Virus record (IMG/VR): IMGVR_UViG_3300037511_000401
Location: 1-46,269 of that record
Direction: 5' to 3' (one strand)
Length of the DNA stretch: 46,269 nt
Source: a virus
Taxonomy: Duplodnaviria; Caudoviricetes
The position numbers and the translations under genes are program-made. The notes under the pieces were generated by a model that was not told where the DNA came from, did not search any database, and saw only the letters and a program-made list of their open reading frames with translations. Shown piece after piece: positions 16,319 to 22,917 of this stretch; position 1 is the stretch's first letter, and every line of letters begins with the position of its first letter.

Positions 16319-16437
16319 GTGCATGTGCCTGAGTGGCCTAAAGGTTCCTGCTGAATTCGCCCCAGCGAAGGAGGCAGGAGACCGAGCGGAACTGGGTGTT
16401 TCCGGGCGGTCCACGGGTTCGAATCCCGTCGTGCACA
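16319..16437 (+). ncRNA. Type-II tRNA-like RNA with a hairpin inserted in the anticodon loop and a very long variable arm
   Basis: Acceptor GTGCATG/CGTGCAC, D region CCTGAGTGGCCTAAAGG, stem TCCTG/CAGGA closing 24 nt that include TTCGC/GCGAA, 33-nt variable arm, T arm ACGGG-TTCGAAT-CCCGT. Confidence 0.75.
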
Positions 16438-16438
16438 C

Positions 16439-16588
16439 GTGAACGGTGAGGAGAAGAAAACGGAGGAGCCGAAACAGCTCCCCTTCTTCGCGGTCGAGGA
16501 CGGCATCACGTTCCTTTCCCGCAAGGATCTGGACGATTACCGCGAGCAGAAGATCATGCTCGCCTGGCAGGAGGGCGCCTATGTCTGA
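16439..16588 (+). CDS. Small hypothetical protein (49 aa)
   Basis: VNGEEKKTEEPKQLPFFAVEDGITF...; GC3 bias; starts right after the tRNA-like RNA with no clear RBS. Confidence 0.4.
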   Translation: MNGEEKKTEEPKQLPFFAVEDGITFLSRKDLDDYREQKIMLAWQEGAYV

Positions 16589-16772
16589 CTTCAGCAACGA
16601 GCTGGATGCCGCATCGGACCTGGTCGACAACGGACCGGCCGCTGGTCAGTCCCACACGATCGGGAACTACGGCTCCAGCGACAACAAGCGAGTCGCGGTC
16701 CCCGACAAGCCGAAGGCCGTGATGAGCGGCGTGCCGCCCGAGCAGTGGGCCAAGTCCGTCAAGAGGCACTGA
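16581..16772 (+). CDS. Small hypothetical protein
   Basis: MSDFSNELDAAS...; RBS GGAGGG. Confidence 0.6.
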   Translation: MSDFSNELDAASDLVDNGPAAGQSHTIGNYGSSDNKRVAVPDKPKAVMSGVPPEQWAKSVKRH

Positions 16773-16792
16773 ACACCGCAGGGAGGAGGAAC

Positions 16793-16975
16793 GTGAGGAA
16801 GAGCGAACGAGTGGTGCAGGCGGCTCACCCCGAGCTGGACGCGACCACGGCACGGCGCACCGCCGAGACCTACAGAGCCGTGGCTCGGCAGACCGGCGGC
16901 AACGTGACGGAGATGGTGATCCAGTCCCGTGAGGCGGAGCAGCGGTCCTCGCGCGGCGAGAACGTCACCCCCTGA
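16793..16975 (+). CDS. Small hypothetical protein
   Basis: GTG after GGGAGGAGG. Confidence 0.6.
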   Translation: MRKSERVVQAAHPELDATTARRTAETYRAVARQTGGNVTEMVIQSREAEQRSSRGENVTP

Positions 16976-16991
16976 ACCACGTGGCAACCCG

Positions 16992-17013
16992 AGGGGCCCT
17001 GCGGGGCCCCTTT
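16992..17013 (+). terminator. Intrinsic terminator
   Basis: AGGGGCCCT-GC-GGGGCCCCT followed by TT. Confidence 0.55.
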
Positions 17014-17035
17014 GTCATCAAGGAGATATGTCGAC

Positions 17036-17473
17036 ATGTCATCGGCGATTCTGTTCTACGGCTACAACCTGGGCGCCCCGGACGACGAAGGCTGGGCGAT
17101 CAAGGACGAGCCGGACTTCGAGGAGCCGTGGTTCACGTGGGCGCAGGAGGCCGACGAGGACTACGCCGAGGCCATGGTCCGGCGTCTCCTGGAGTCGACC
17201 GGTTGGGAAGGTGACGAACTGCCCGACAAGGCGGCCGACCTGGTGGCCCGCCGCTGCCACGTGCGCGTGATCACCTGTGGTCACTCGAACTCCCTCTTCT
17301 ACGGTCTGGCCCTGGAGGACACCGTGCACGAGGCCGACGACTGGACGCCCAAGTGCGTCTCCCCGGTCACCTCCTGCGCCACCCCGGGCCCGCTGACCAA
17401 GGCGCTGGAGGCGCTGGGCATGAAGCCGGTCCAGGTGAACCCGTCCTGGATCCTGGCGCCGCAGGAGTACTAA
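17036..17473 (+). CDS. Hypothetical protein
   Basis: MSSAILFYGYNLG...; AAGGAG upstream; GC3 bias. Confidence 0.7.
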   Translation: MSSAILFYGYNLGAPDDEGWAIKDEPDFEEPWFTWAQEADEDYAEAMVRRLLESTGWEGDELPDKAADLVARRCHVRVITCGHSNSLFYGLALEDTVHEADDWTPKCVSPVTSCATPGPLTKALEALGMKPVQVNPSWILAPQEY

Positions 17474-17478
17474 ATACC

Positions 17479-17508
17479 TTGCGATCCCATCGCAGGATCC
17501 CGTAGAGT
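17479..17508 (+). promoter_or_regulatory. Promoter for the Y-like RNA array / rsr
   Basis: TTGCGA-18 nt-TAGAGT; the first RNA stem begins about 8-10 nt downstream. Confidence 0.7.
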
Positions 17509-17517
17509 TTTTCTTGC

Positions 17518-17591
17518 CCCCCGGAGCGTTAGGGCGCACGGTTACTTCATTTGGCGAAGAGCAAGCCGGACGCCGATTTGTTGGCCGGGGG
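17518..17591 (+). ncRNA. Y-like RNA 1 (shortest unit)
   Basis: CCGGAGCGTT-N7-ACGGTTACTTC ... CCGG.CGCC ... TGTTGGCCGG; ends pair; CTTC/GAAG closes the loop ATTTGGC. Confidence 0.7.
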
Positions 17592-17618
17592 CGCATAACA
17601 GAAGATCCAGAAGGGTTA

Positions 17619-17705
17619 CCGGAGCGTTTTGGGCAACGGTTACTTCTTTCTGCAAAAAGGAAACAGCCGGTTAACTCCGGCACCGGTGCCTGTCTAGTTG
17701 GCCGG
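17619..17705 (+). ncRNA. Y-like RNA 2 (anticodon-arm and T-arm mimic), within a long outer stem 17596-17728
   Basis: Same scaffold motifs; TTCTTT-CTGCAAA-AAGGAA then GCCGG-TTAACT-CCGGC; perfect 16-bp outer stem TAACAGAAGATCCAGA/TCTGGATCTTCTGTTA. Confidence 0.7.
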
Positions 17706-17746
17706 TGGCCCCTCTGGATCTTCTGTTAGCTCGGTGTGTGAGTGCG

Positions 17747-17905
17747 GTGCCTGGAGCGTTTTTGGTGACGGTTACTTCACAGTGGAACCAAATGTTTCAG
17801 GTTCGAGTCCTGACTTGCGAGCTTGCTCGTAGGTAGCTCAATTGGCAGAGCGTTGGTCGAGGAAGGTTCGAAAGAACCACCGGCACCTACCTGTTGGCCA
17901 GGCAC
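17747..17905 (+). ncRNA. yrlA: Y-like RNA 3, YrlA-type with circularly permuted tRNA module
   Basis: Same scaffold; T arm TCAGG-TTCGAGT-CCTGA precedes a loop-closed acceptor-like stem CTTGCGAG/CTCGTAGG and the D arm TA-GCTC-AATTGGCA-GAGC, all enclosed by ACCAA/TTGGT; adjacent to a Ro60 gene. Confidence 0.82.
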
Positions 17906-17927
17906 TCCACGCATACATCGAGACGCG

Positions 17928-17967
17928 CCCCCTTCTCCAATTCCGGAGGAGGGGGTTTCGTGTTTTT
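17928..17967 (+). terminator. Terminator/attenuator between the Y-like RNAs and rsr
   Basis: CCCCCTTCTCC / GGAGGAGGGGG followed by TTTCGTGTTTTT. Confidence 0.7.
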
Positions 17968-17986
17968 CAGGAAAGGAGAAGGCGCG

Positions 17987-19642
17987 ATGGCGACCTTCAA
18001 CAAGGCGGGCACGAAGGCCCGCGTCACGTCGCAGGTGGCGACGCAGGGCCCGGCGACGACCGCGCTCGGCGCGAGCGGCTTCAGCCGTACCCCGCTGTCG
18101 GACCTGTACCTGCTGTCGGTGTCGAACCTCGTCACCCCGGACGAGTTCCACGAGCGCTCCAGCGACCGCACCGAGCGCTACGTCGAGCTGCTGAACCAGG
18201 TCGCCCTGCTGGAGCAGGGGCACGTCACGCGCATGCTCCCGTGGCTGCGGCAGGACGGTTACATGCGTTCGGCGTCGGTCCTCGGTGCGGCCGAGGCGGC
18301 GAAGACCCTCTGCGACCAGCACCGCTACGACGGCGTCGAGGACATGATCGACGGCGTCCTCCAGCGCGCCGACGAGCCGGGCGAGTTCCTGGCCTACTGG
18401 TTCTCGATCGCTGGCAAGGCGTGGCCGAAGCGCTACCAGGCGGTCAAGCGCGGCCTCAAGCGCGCCGTGGCGCGGCTGTACACCGAGTACTCGTACGGCA
18501 AGTGGGACTCGCCGAAGCGCGCCTACCGGTTCGCCGACGTGATCGAGATCGTCCACCCGTCCCCGGTCGCCGAGTGGCAGTCGCACCTGTTCCGGCTGAT
18601 CATCGACCGCCGCCACGGCCACCAGGCCGGTGTCGTCCCGCCGACCCTGTCCATGCTGAAGAACCTCAAGCAGTGGCGCCAGGCTGCGGCCAGCGTCCCG
18701 AAGGGGGCCTCGGCCGAGTACATGCGCGCCTCAGGTCTCGTCGCCCCGCAGGTCATCAAGGACGCTGGTCTGACCTGGGAAGACGTGCTGTCGGAGCTGG
18801 GCGGCAAGGTCGACAAGCGCATCCTGTGGGAGGCGGTCATCCCGGCCATGGCCCCGGGTGCGCTGATCAAGAACCTGCGCAACTTCGACGAGGTCGGCAT
18901 CTCCGACGCCGTGGCGGACGAGGTCGCCCGCATCCTCATGGACGGCGAGCGCGTGCGCCGGGCCAAGCTGTTCCCGTACCGCTTCCTGGCGGCCTACCGG
19001 GCGGCTCCGTCGCTGCGCTGGGGCAACGCCCTGGAGCGGGGCCTGACGGCTTCGCTGGAGCTGGTGCCGCGCCTGAAGGGCAAGACGCTGATCCTCGTGG
19101 ACCGCAGCCCGTCGATGTTCCCGGGTCACAGCTTCTCGACCCCCAACAAGTCCGACATCACGCTGGCCGACCAGGCGGCGCTGTTCGGCTCGGCCCTCGC
19201 GGTCAAGGCCGAGGACGCAACGCTGGTCGCCTTCGGCGGCACCTCGCGGAAGATCCACGTTCCGCGCGGCGCCAGCGTGCTGAAGGTGGTCGACAGCTTC
19301 GGTGAGGCGATCAACTACACGAACATCCCGGAGGCCGTGAAGTCCAGCTTCACGCCGGAGTACAAGCGCGTCGTGATCGTCACCGACGAGCAGTCGCAGC
19401 CGGGCTACTTCGTGAAGCACGGTGACCGCTACCGGTGGGGCTCCCAGGAGGAGATGAAGGTCGACGACCTGATCCCGTCCAGCGTCCCGGTCTACGTCTG
19501 GAACATGGCGGGTTACTCCGCCTCGATCCTGAAGACGGGCGGCACCAACCGGCACTGCTTCGGCGGCCTGTCGGATGCGAGCTTCGGCCTGATCCAGCTC
19601 CTGGAGCAGGGTCGGAACGCCCCGTGGCCGTGGATGGTGTGA
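17987..19642 (+). CDS. rsr: Ro60/TROVE-domain RNA-binding protein with C-terminal vWA domain (Rsr)
   Basis: LQRADEPGEFLAYW, VKRG...A..RLY.EYS..KWD, DVIEIVHP, LTWE, ALIKNLRNF, LFPYRFLAAY, ILVDRSPSM (MIDAS) and IVTDEQ; RBS AAAGGAG. Confidence 0.93.
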   Translation: MATFNKAGTKARVTSQVATQGPATTALGASGFSRTPLSDLYLLSVSNLVTPDEFHERSSDRTERYVELLNQVALLEQGHVTRMLPWLRQDGYMRSASVLGAAEAAKTLCDQHRYDGVEDMIDGVLQRADEPGEFLAYWFSIAGKAWPKRYQAVKRGLKRAVARLYTEYSYGKWDSPKRAYRFADVIEIVHPSPVAEWQSHLFRLIIDRRHGHQAGVVPPTLSMLKNLKQWRQAAASVPKGASAEYMRASGLVAPQVIKDAGLTWEDVLSELGGKVDKRILWEAVIPAMAPGALIKNLRNFDEVGISDAVADEVARILMDGERVRRAKLFPYRFLAAYRAAPSLRWGNALERGLTASLELVPRLKGKTLILVDRSPSMFPGHSFSTPNKSDITLADQAALFGSALAVKAEDATLVAFGGTSRKIHVPRGASVLKVVDSFGEAINYTNIPEAVKSSFTPEYKRVVIVTDEQSQPGYFVKHGDRYRWGSQEEMKVDDLIPSSVPVYVWNMAGYSASILKTGGTNRHCFGGLSDASFGLIQLLEQGRNAPWPWMV

Positions 19643-19652
19643 CCTGAGTTGC

Positions 19653-19690
19653 GAGAAGCCCCCTTCGCCCGGAGGGGGCTTCTCCCTTTC
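19653..19690 (+). terminator. Intrinsic terminator
   Basis: GAGAAGCCCCCTTC / GGAGGGGGCTTCTC. Confidence 0.7.
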
Positions 19691-19738
19691 CTCAACTTCC
19701 GCTAGTATTGGATGAGTTGAGGAAATGAGGAAGAGCAT

Positions 19739-20137
19739 ATGACAGCAAGTTATGAGACCGGCGGCGAGATTCTGACCGTCGGCAGTACGGTCATCATCTT
19801 CGACGGCAACACCAAGCGAGAACTGGCGATCACGTCGATCGGTCCGAAGCGGGTGTTCATCGAATCCGCCTACGGCCACAGACCGGTCCCGTACAGCAAG
19901 GAGACGCGCGTCTCCCAGCAGGGCGCCTATCACAGCTACTTCAGGACGAAGACCGAGGTGGCCGAGGAGCAGCGCCGGAACGTGGCGAAGGCGCGACTGC
20001 GCGATCTGGGCATCGAGGCGCGACTGGCAGGCGGAGGGCAGGACGGACTCAGCCCGTACCCGACGGATCTGCTGATTCAGATCGCCGATCTGCTGGAAGA
20101 CTCGAAGCTCAACCTGGCTCCGGCTAAGGCAAGTTGA
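19739..20137 (+). CDS. Hypothetical protein
   Basis: RBS GAGGAAG; N-terminal beta-rich LTVGSTVIIF segment. Confidence 0.7.
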   Translation: MTASYETGGEILTVGSTVIIFDGNTKRELAITSIGPKRVFIESAYGHRPVPYSKETRVSQQGAYHSYFRTKTEVAEEQRRNVAKARLRDLGIEARLAGGGQDGLSPYPTDLLIQIADLLEDSKLNLAPAKAS

Positions 20138-20190
20138 GGCGAGACAGTGCCTGTCTGTGCTAAGCTGGCCTAGGCCGAAAGGGGAAGAAC

Positions 20191-20508
20191 GTGCAGACGA
20201 TCTACGACGCCACCTATGTGGCACGGCACCTCGGCGTGAACAAGCTGACCGTCATCAACTGGGTGGACCGGCCGACGGCCGCCTTCCCGATGCCGCTCTT
20301 CTCCGTCCGGTACGGCGACAAGCTACGGCAGGAGAACCCCGGGTGGAGCGCCGAGCAGCTTCCGCTGCTGCGTGAATGGCTGGCCCACCGGCTTGGCCTG
20401 AGCAACCCGGCCGCCCACTGGGAGGTCATCGACCGTGGCGAGGAGCAGCCGGGCGGCCACCAGGACCAGGGCGCCCTGTTCGAGACCGGTGGATCGGTGC
20501 TGCGTTGA
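20191..20508 (+). CDS. Putative HTH DNA-binding protein (excisionase/AlpA-like)
   Basis: YDATYVARHLGVNKLTVINW...FPMP...GWS; preceded by TAAGCT and GGCCTAGGCC. Confidence 0.65.
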   Translation: MQTIYDATYVARHLGVNKLTVINWVDRPTAAFPMPLFSVRYGDKLRQENPGWSAEQLPLLREWLAHRLGLSNPAAHWEVIDRGEEQPGGHQDQGALFETGGSVLR

Positions 20509-20657
20509 GCGGCCCGAATCTCCTGAAGTGGCTCGCCGCCCTGACGCCCGCACTCCCGCTCGGCGCCGAGTGCGGGTTCGCTTACGCGCTGGTGTGGGTG
20601 ATCGCGTGCCTGATGGTCGCACTGTCCCTTTCGGAATCCGCCTGGGTGCGGCGATGA
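20505..20657 (+). CDS. Small membrane protein
   Basis: TTGA/ATGA coupling at both ends; hydrophobic. Confidence 0.5.
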   Translation: MSGPNLLKWLAALTPALPLGAECGFAYALVWVIACLMVALSLSESAWVRR

Positions 20658-20848
20658 AGGGGGTGCACCAGCGCTATGCGGTCGTCGCCTGCGCTTCGAG
20701 CGTCGGCGTGGCGGCGGTACTGGCTGTTCTTCTGGGGGCCCTGGCATTCGTCACCTACATGGCCCTGTACCTGCTGGCGTACGCCAGCTCACCTGTACTG
20801 CACGAGACGATCTGGAAGATCGCCAACGGAAGGGACGAGGAAGAGTGA
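20654..20848 (+). CDS. Small membrane protein
   Basis: MKGVHQRYAVV...; long hydrophobic run; coupled. Confidence 0.6.
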   Translation: MKGVHQRYAVVACASSVGVAAVLAVLLGALAFVTYMALYLLAYASSPVLHETIWKIANGRDEEE

Positions 20849-21096
20849 AGCCGATCGAGGACGCCGACGAGCACACCGTTGCCCACGACGCCGTGAGCAT
20901 CGGCGTGGCCGGAGCGCTCGGCCTGCTGGCCGGTGCCGTCACCGAGTCACCCGCCATGGGTGTGGCGACCGCCGGAGTGGTGGTCGTGGTGGGTATCGGC
21001 GGCATGGCGGTCGGCCCCATCCGCCGCACCGTGAACCGCGCCGTCCTGGCGTTCGCCCCCAGCGAGCCCGAGCAGGCCGAGGAGCAGGCAAAGTGA
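20845..21096 (+). CDS. Small two-TM membrane protein
   Basis: Two Gly/Ala/Val-rich helices; GTGA coupling. Confidence 0.65.
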   Translation: MKPIEDADEHTVAHDAVSIGVAGALGLLAGAVTESPAMGVATAGVVVVVGIGGMAVGPIRRTVNRAVLAFAPSEPEQAEEQAK

Positions 21097-21593
21097 GGGG
21101 CGCGACCATCCGGAAGTTTCCGGTCGAGTGGCTGGAACGCAACCACATCGCGGTCAACGGCATGAGCAAGCTCGTCGTGCAGCGCGAGTTCGTCGAGCAC
21201 CAGGAGTACGGGTCCCTGTGGTCCGTCGTCTTCCAGGACGACGGCAGCTACTGGAAGACCTCCTACCTGGAGCCCAACACCTCCGAGGTGCACGTCGACA
21301 CCTGGGGTGACGAGCTGGAGATCGAGGCGGTCGAGGTCCGGCCGCAGCCGAAGTTCGTCACCGAGTGGGTGCCGGTCAGCTCCAGCCATGGCGGCCGGTG
21401 CAACGCCGCACTGACATCCGCCCTGGACGACACGCCGATCGCACCGTGCGGGCTCGCGGCACCGTTCCTGATCGCGGTCGGCAAGGGCAGCAAGGTGATC
21501 ACGCTGGAACGCTGCGTGGCGCACGCTCACCAGATGATGGCCTCGCCGGAGACTTTCCACCTGATCGAGGAGGTGCGGCGCAGGTGGCACTGA
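21093..21593 (+). CDS. Hypothetical protein
   Basis: GTG coupled to the previous stop; GC3 bias; C-terminal Cys/His residues. Confidence 0.65.
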   Translation: MRGATIRKFPVEWLERNHIAVNGMSKLVVQREFVEHQEYGSLWSVVFQDDGSYWKTSYLEPNTSEVHVDTWGDELEIEAVEVRPQPKFVTEWVPVSSSHGGRCNAALTSALDDTPIAPCGLAAPFLIAVGKGSKVITLERCVAHAHQMMASPETFHLIEEVRRRWH

Positions 21594-21811
21594 AGCTCAT
21601 CTCCGACCACGTCTTCCGTGGAGAGCGCCGCTGCCTCTACCCGGGCTGCGGCCACGTGGACGGCGCGCATGTGGAGTCGGTCGAGAGCCGCACCCCCCAG
21701 GTGCCGCACTGGTTCGTCGGCCTGCGCCTCTGCCTGTTCTGCAAGATCGGGTTCAACCATCCTTCGCACTGCCTTTCGCCCCGGTGGGTGAAGGTGGTCA
21801 CGGGAAGCTGA
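21584..21811 (+). CDS. Small Cys/His-rich (possible Zn-binding) protein
   Basis: H..RC.YPGCG....H and H...CLFC.....HPSH patterns. Confidence 0.55.
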   Translation: MALKLISDHVFRGERRCLYPGCGHVDGAHVESVESRTPQVPHWFVGLRLCLFCKIGFNHPSHCLSPRWVKVVTGS

Positions 21812-21824
21812 CCTTGGAGGGGTC

Positions 21825-22025
21825 ATGCAGATCCACATCGACCTGGCGGTGCTGATCGCAGTGGTCCTGTTCTTCAGGCTCCGGCCCTCGGATGTGCCGC
21901 GCAGCCAGGGCAGCGTCCAGGTGACTGCTGCCCTGGTGCTGATCTTCGGCCTTCTCATCGCGGGGACCGGAACGGGGGAGATCCTGCTGAACGGCGTGCG
22001 AGGTGTGGCCGCAATGATCGGCTGA
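21825..22025 (+). CDS. Small two-TM protein resembling plasmid/AICE accessory membrane proteins
   Basis: RBS GGAGGGG; LAVLIAVVLFF...LVLIFGLLIA.T..G. Confidence 0.65.
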   Translation: MQIHIDLAVLIAVVLFFRLRPSDVPRSQGSVQVTAALVLIFGLLIAGTGTGEILLNGVRGVAAMIG

Positions 22026-22085
22026 GGAAATAGGCTGGAAGGCCGACGGAAAGAACCTGCATCACCCCCGGAAGAGGAGAAGTTC

Positions 22086-22331
22086 GTGGAGCTTGAGAAG
22101 CTGCCCGAGGTCAGGCTGGAATGCCTCGACGAGAAGTCCGCGATGGAGGTCATCCGGCTCTGCGAAGAGGTCCCTGAGAAGCGTCGCGGAAAGAACTCGG
22201 TGCGCCGTGAGGGCAACATCGTCGTCATCACGTACAACAACAAGATGTGGCCGTACGACATCGCCGACATGGCGGGCGAGCTGGAGCTGGCGGGCGACGC
22301 CGAGGCGGCGCAGGTGTTCGCATGCATCTGA
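22086..22331 (+). CDS. Hypothetical protein
   Basis: RBS GAGGAG. Confidence 0.7.
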   Translation: MELEKLPEVRLECLDEKSAMEVIRLCEEVPEKRRGKNSVRREGNIVVITYNNKMWPYDIADMAGELELAGDAEAAQVFACI

Positions 22332-22660
22332 ACCCGCCCGTACCGGCCAACGACCGTGGCTTCCTGGTCTACGGCGGCAGCCCGGTCATCACCAGCTACG
22401 GCCATCCGGTCGAGATCCGCGTCCAGGAGTCGTCGGCCGCCAGCGGCCCGCACGTCTGGCTGTTCGTGGACGAGGCGTCCAGGGTGGAAGGCCGCGAGCC
22501 GCACCTGAGCCTGGCCGACGCGATCGAGATCCGCGATCGGCTCACTCAGTTCATCGAGGACGTGCCGAGGCAGTGGACGCGGGGCGAGCAGATGCTTCGC
22601 GAAGCGTACGAAGAGGTCGCCCGTCGCAGGGCGGCTGTCGCAGAGGAGAAGATCACGTGA
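22322..22660 (+). CDS. Hypothetical phage protein
   Basis: MHLNPP...RGF...SYG...VQESSAASGPHVWLF...HLS; coupled. Confidence 0.65.
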   Translation: MHLNPPVPANDRGFLVYGGSPVITSYGHPVEIRVQESSAASGPHVWLFVDEASRVEGREPHLSLADAIEIRDRLTQFIEDVPRQWTRGEQMLREAYEEVARRRAAVAEEKIT

Positions 22661-22917
22661 TTCACGAAAAGGCAGCCAAGGAAGCTCACCCCGGGGCGCG
22701 CGATTTCAAGCCGGTCAGGAACCTGGCTCGCCGGGTCGTCGGCTGGACGTTCGAGATCCCCCGGGACGGTGAGGCGTCCGTCGACTTCGGCTGGGTCACC
22801 GCCGGGGGCGAGGCGTCGAGCGACATGCTGGAGCGGCAGCTCGATGCCGAGAGGGGCTTGAGGGCGTACTGCTCCCTGCGCGGCCGGTCCGTCAACGAGT
22901 GGGAGAAGCGCGCGTGA
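22657..22917 (+). CDS. Hypothetical protein
   Basis: RBS GAGGAG; GTGA coupling at both ends. Confidence 0.65.
   Translation: MIHEKAAKEAHPGARDFKPVRNLARRVVGWTFEIPRDGEASVDFGWVTAGGEASSDMLERQLDAERGLRAYCSLRGRSVNEWEKRA

Noticed and set aside
16146-16342. GGCCTA matches as extra operator copies
   Set aside because: They are D-loop GG sequences of the tRNA-like RNAs.
17826-17880. Ordinary tRNA gene starting near TAGCTCAATTGGCAGAGC
   Set aside because: No anticodon arm or 3' acceptor strand follows; the matching T arm lies upstream (permuted order).
17518-17905. Repeats read as a CRISPR array
   Set aside because: Conserved blocks are split and pair across each unit, inserts vary from 17 to about 100 nt, and there are no cas genes; the adjacent Ro60 gene explains them better.
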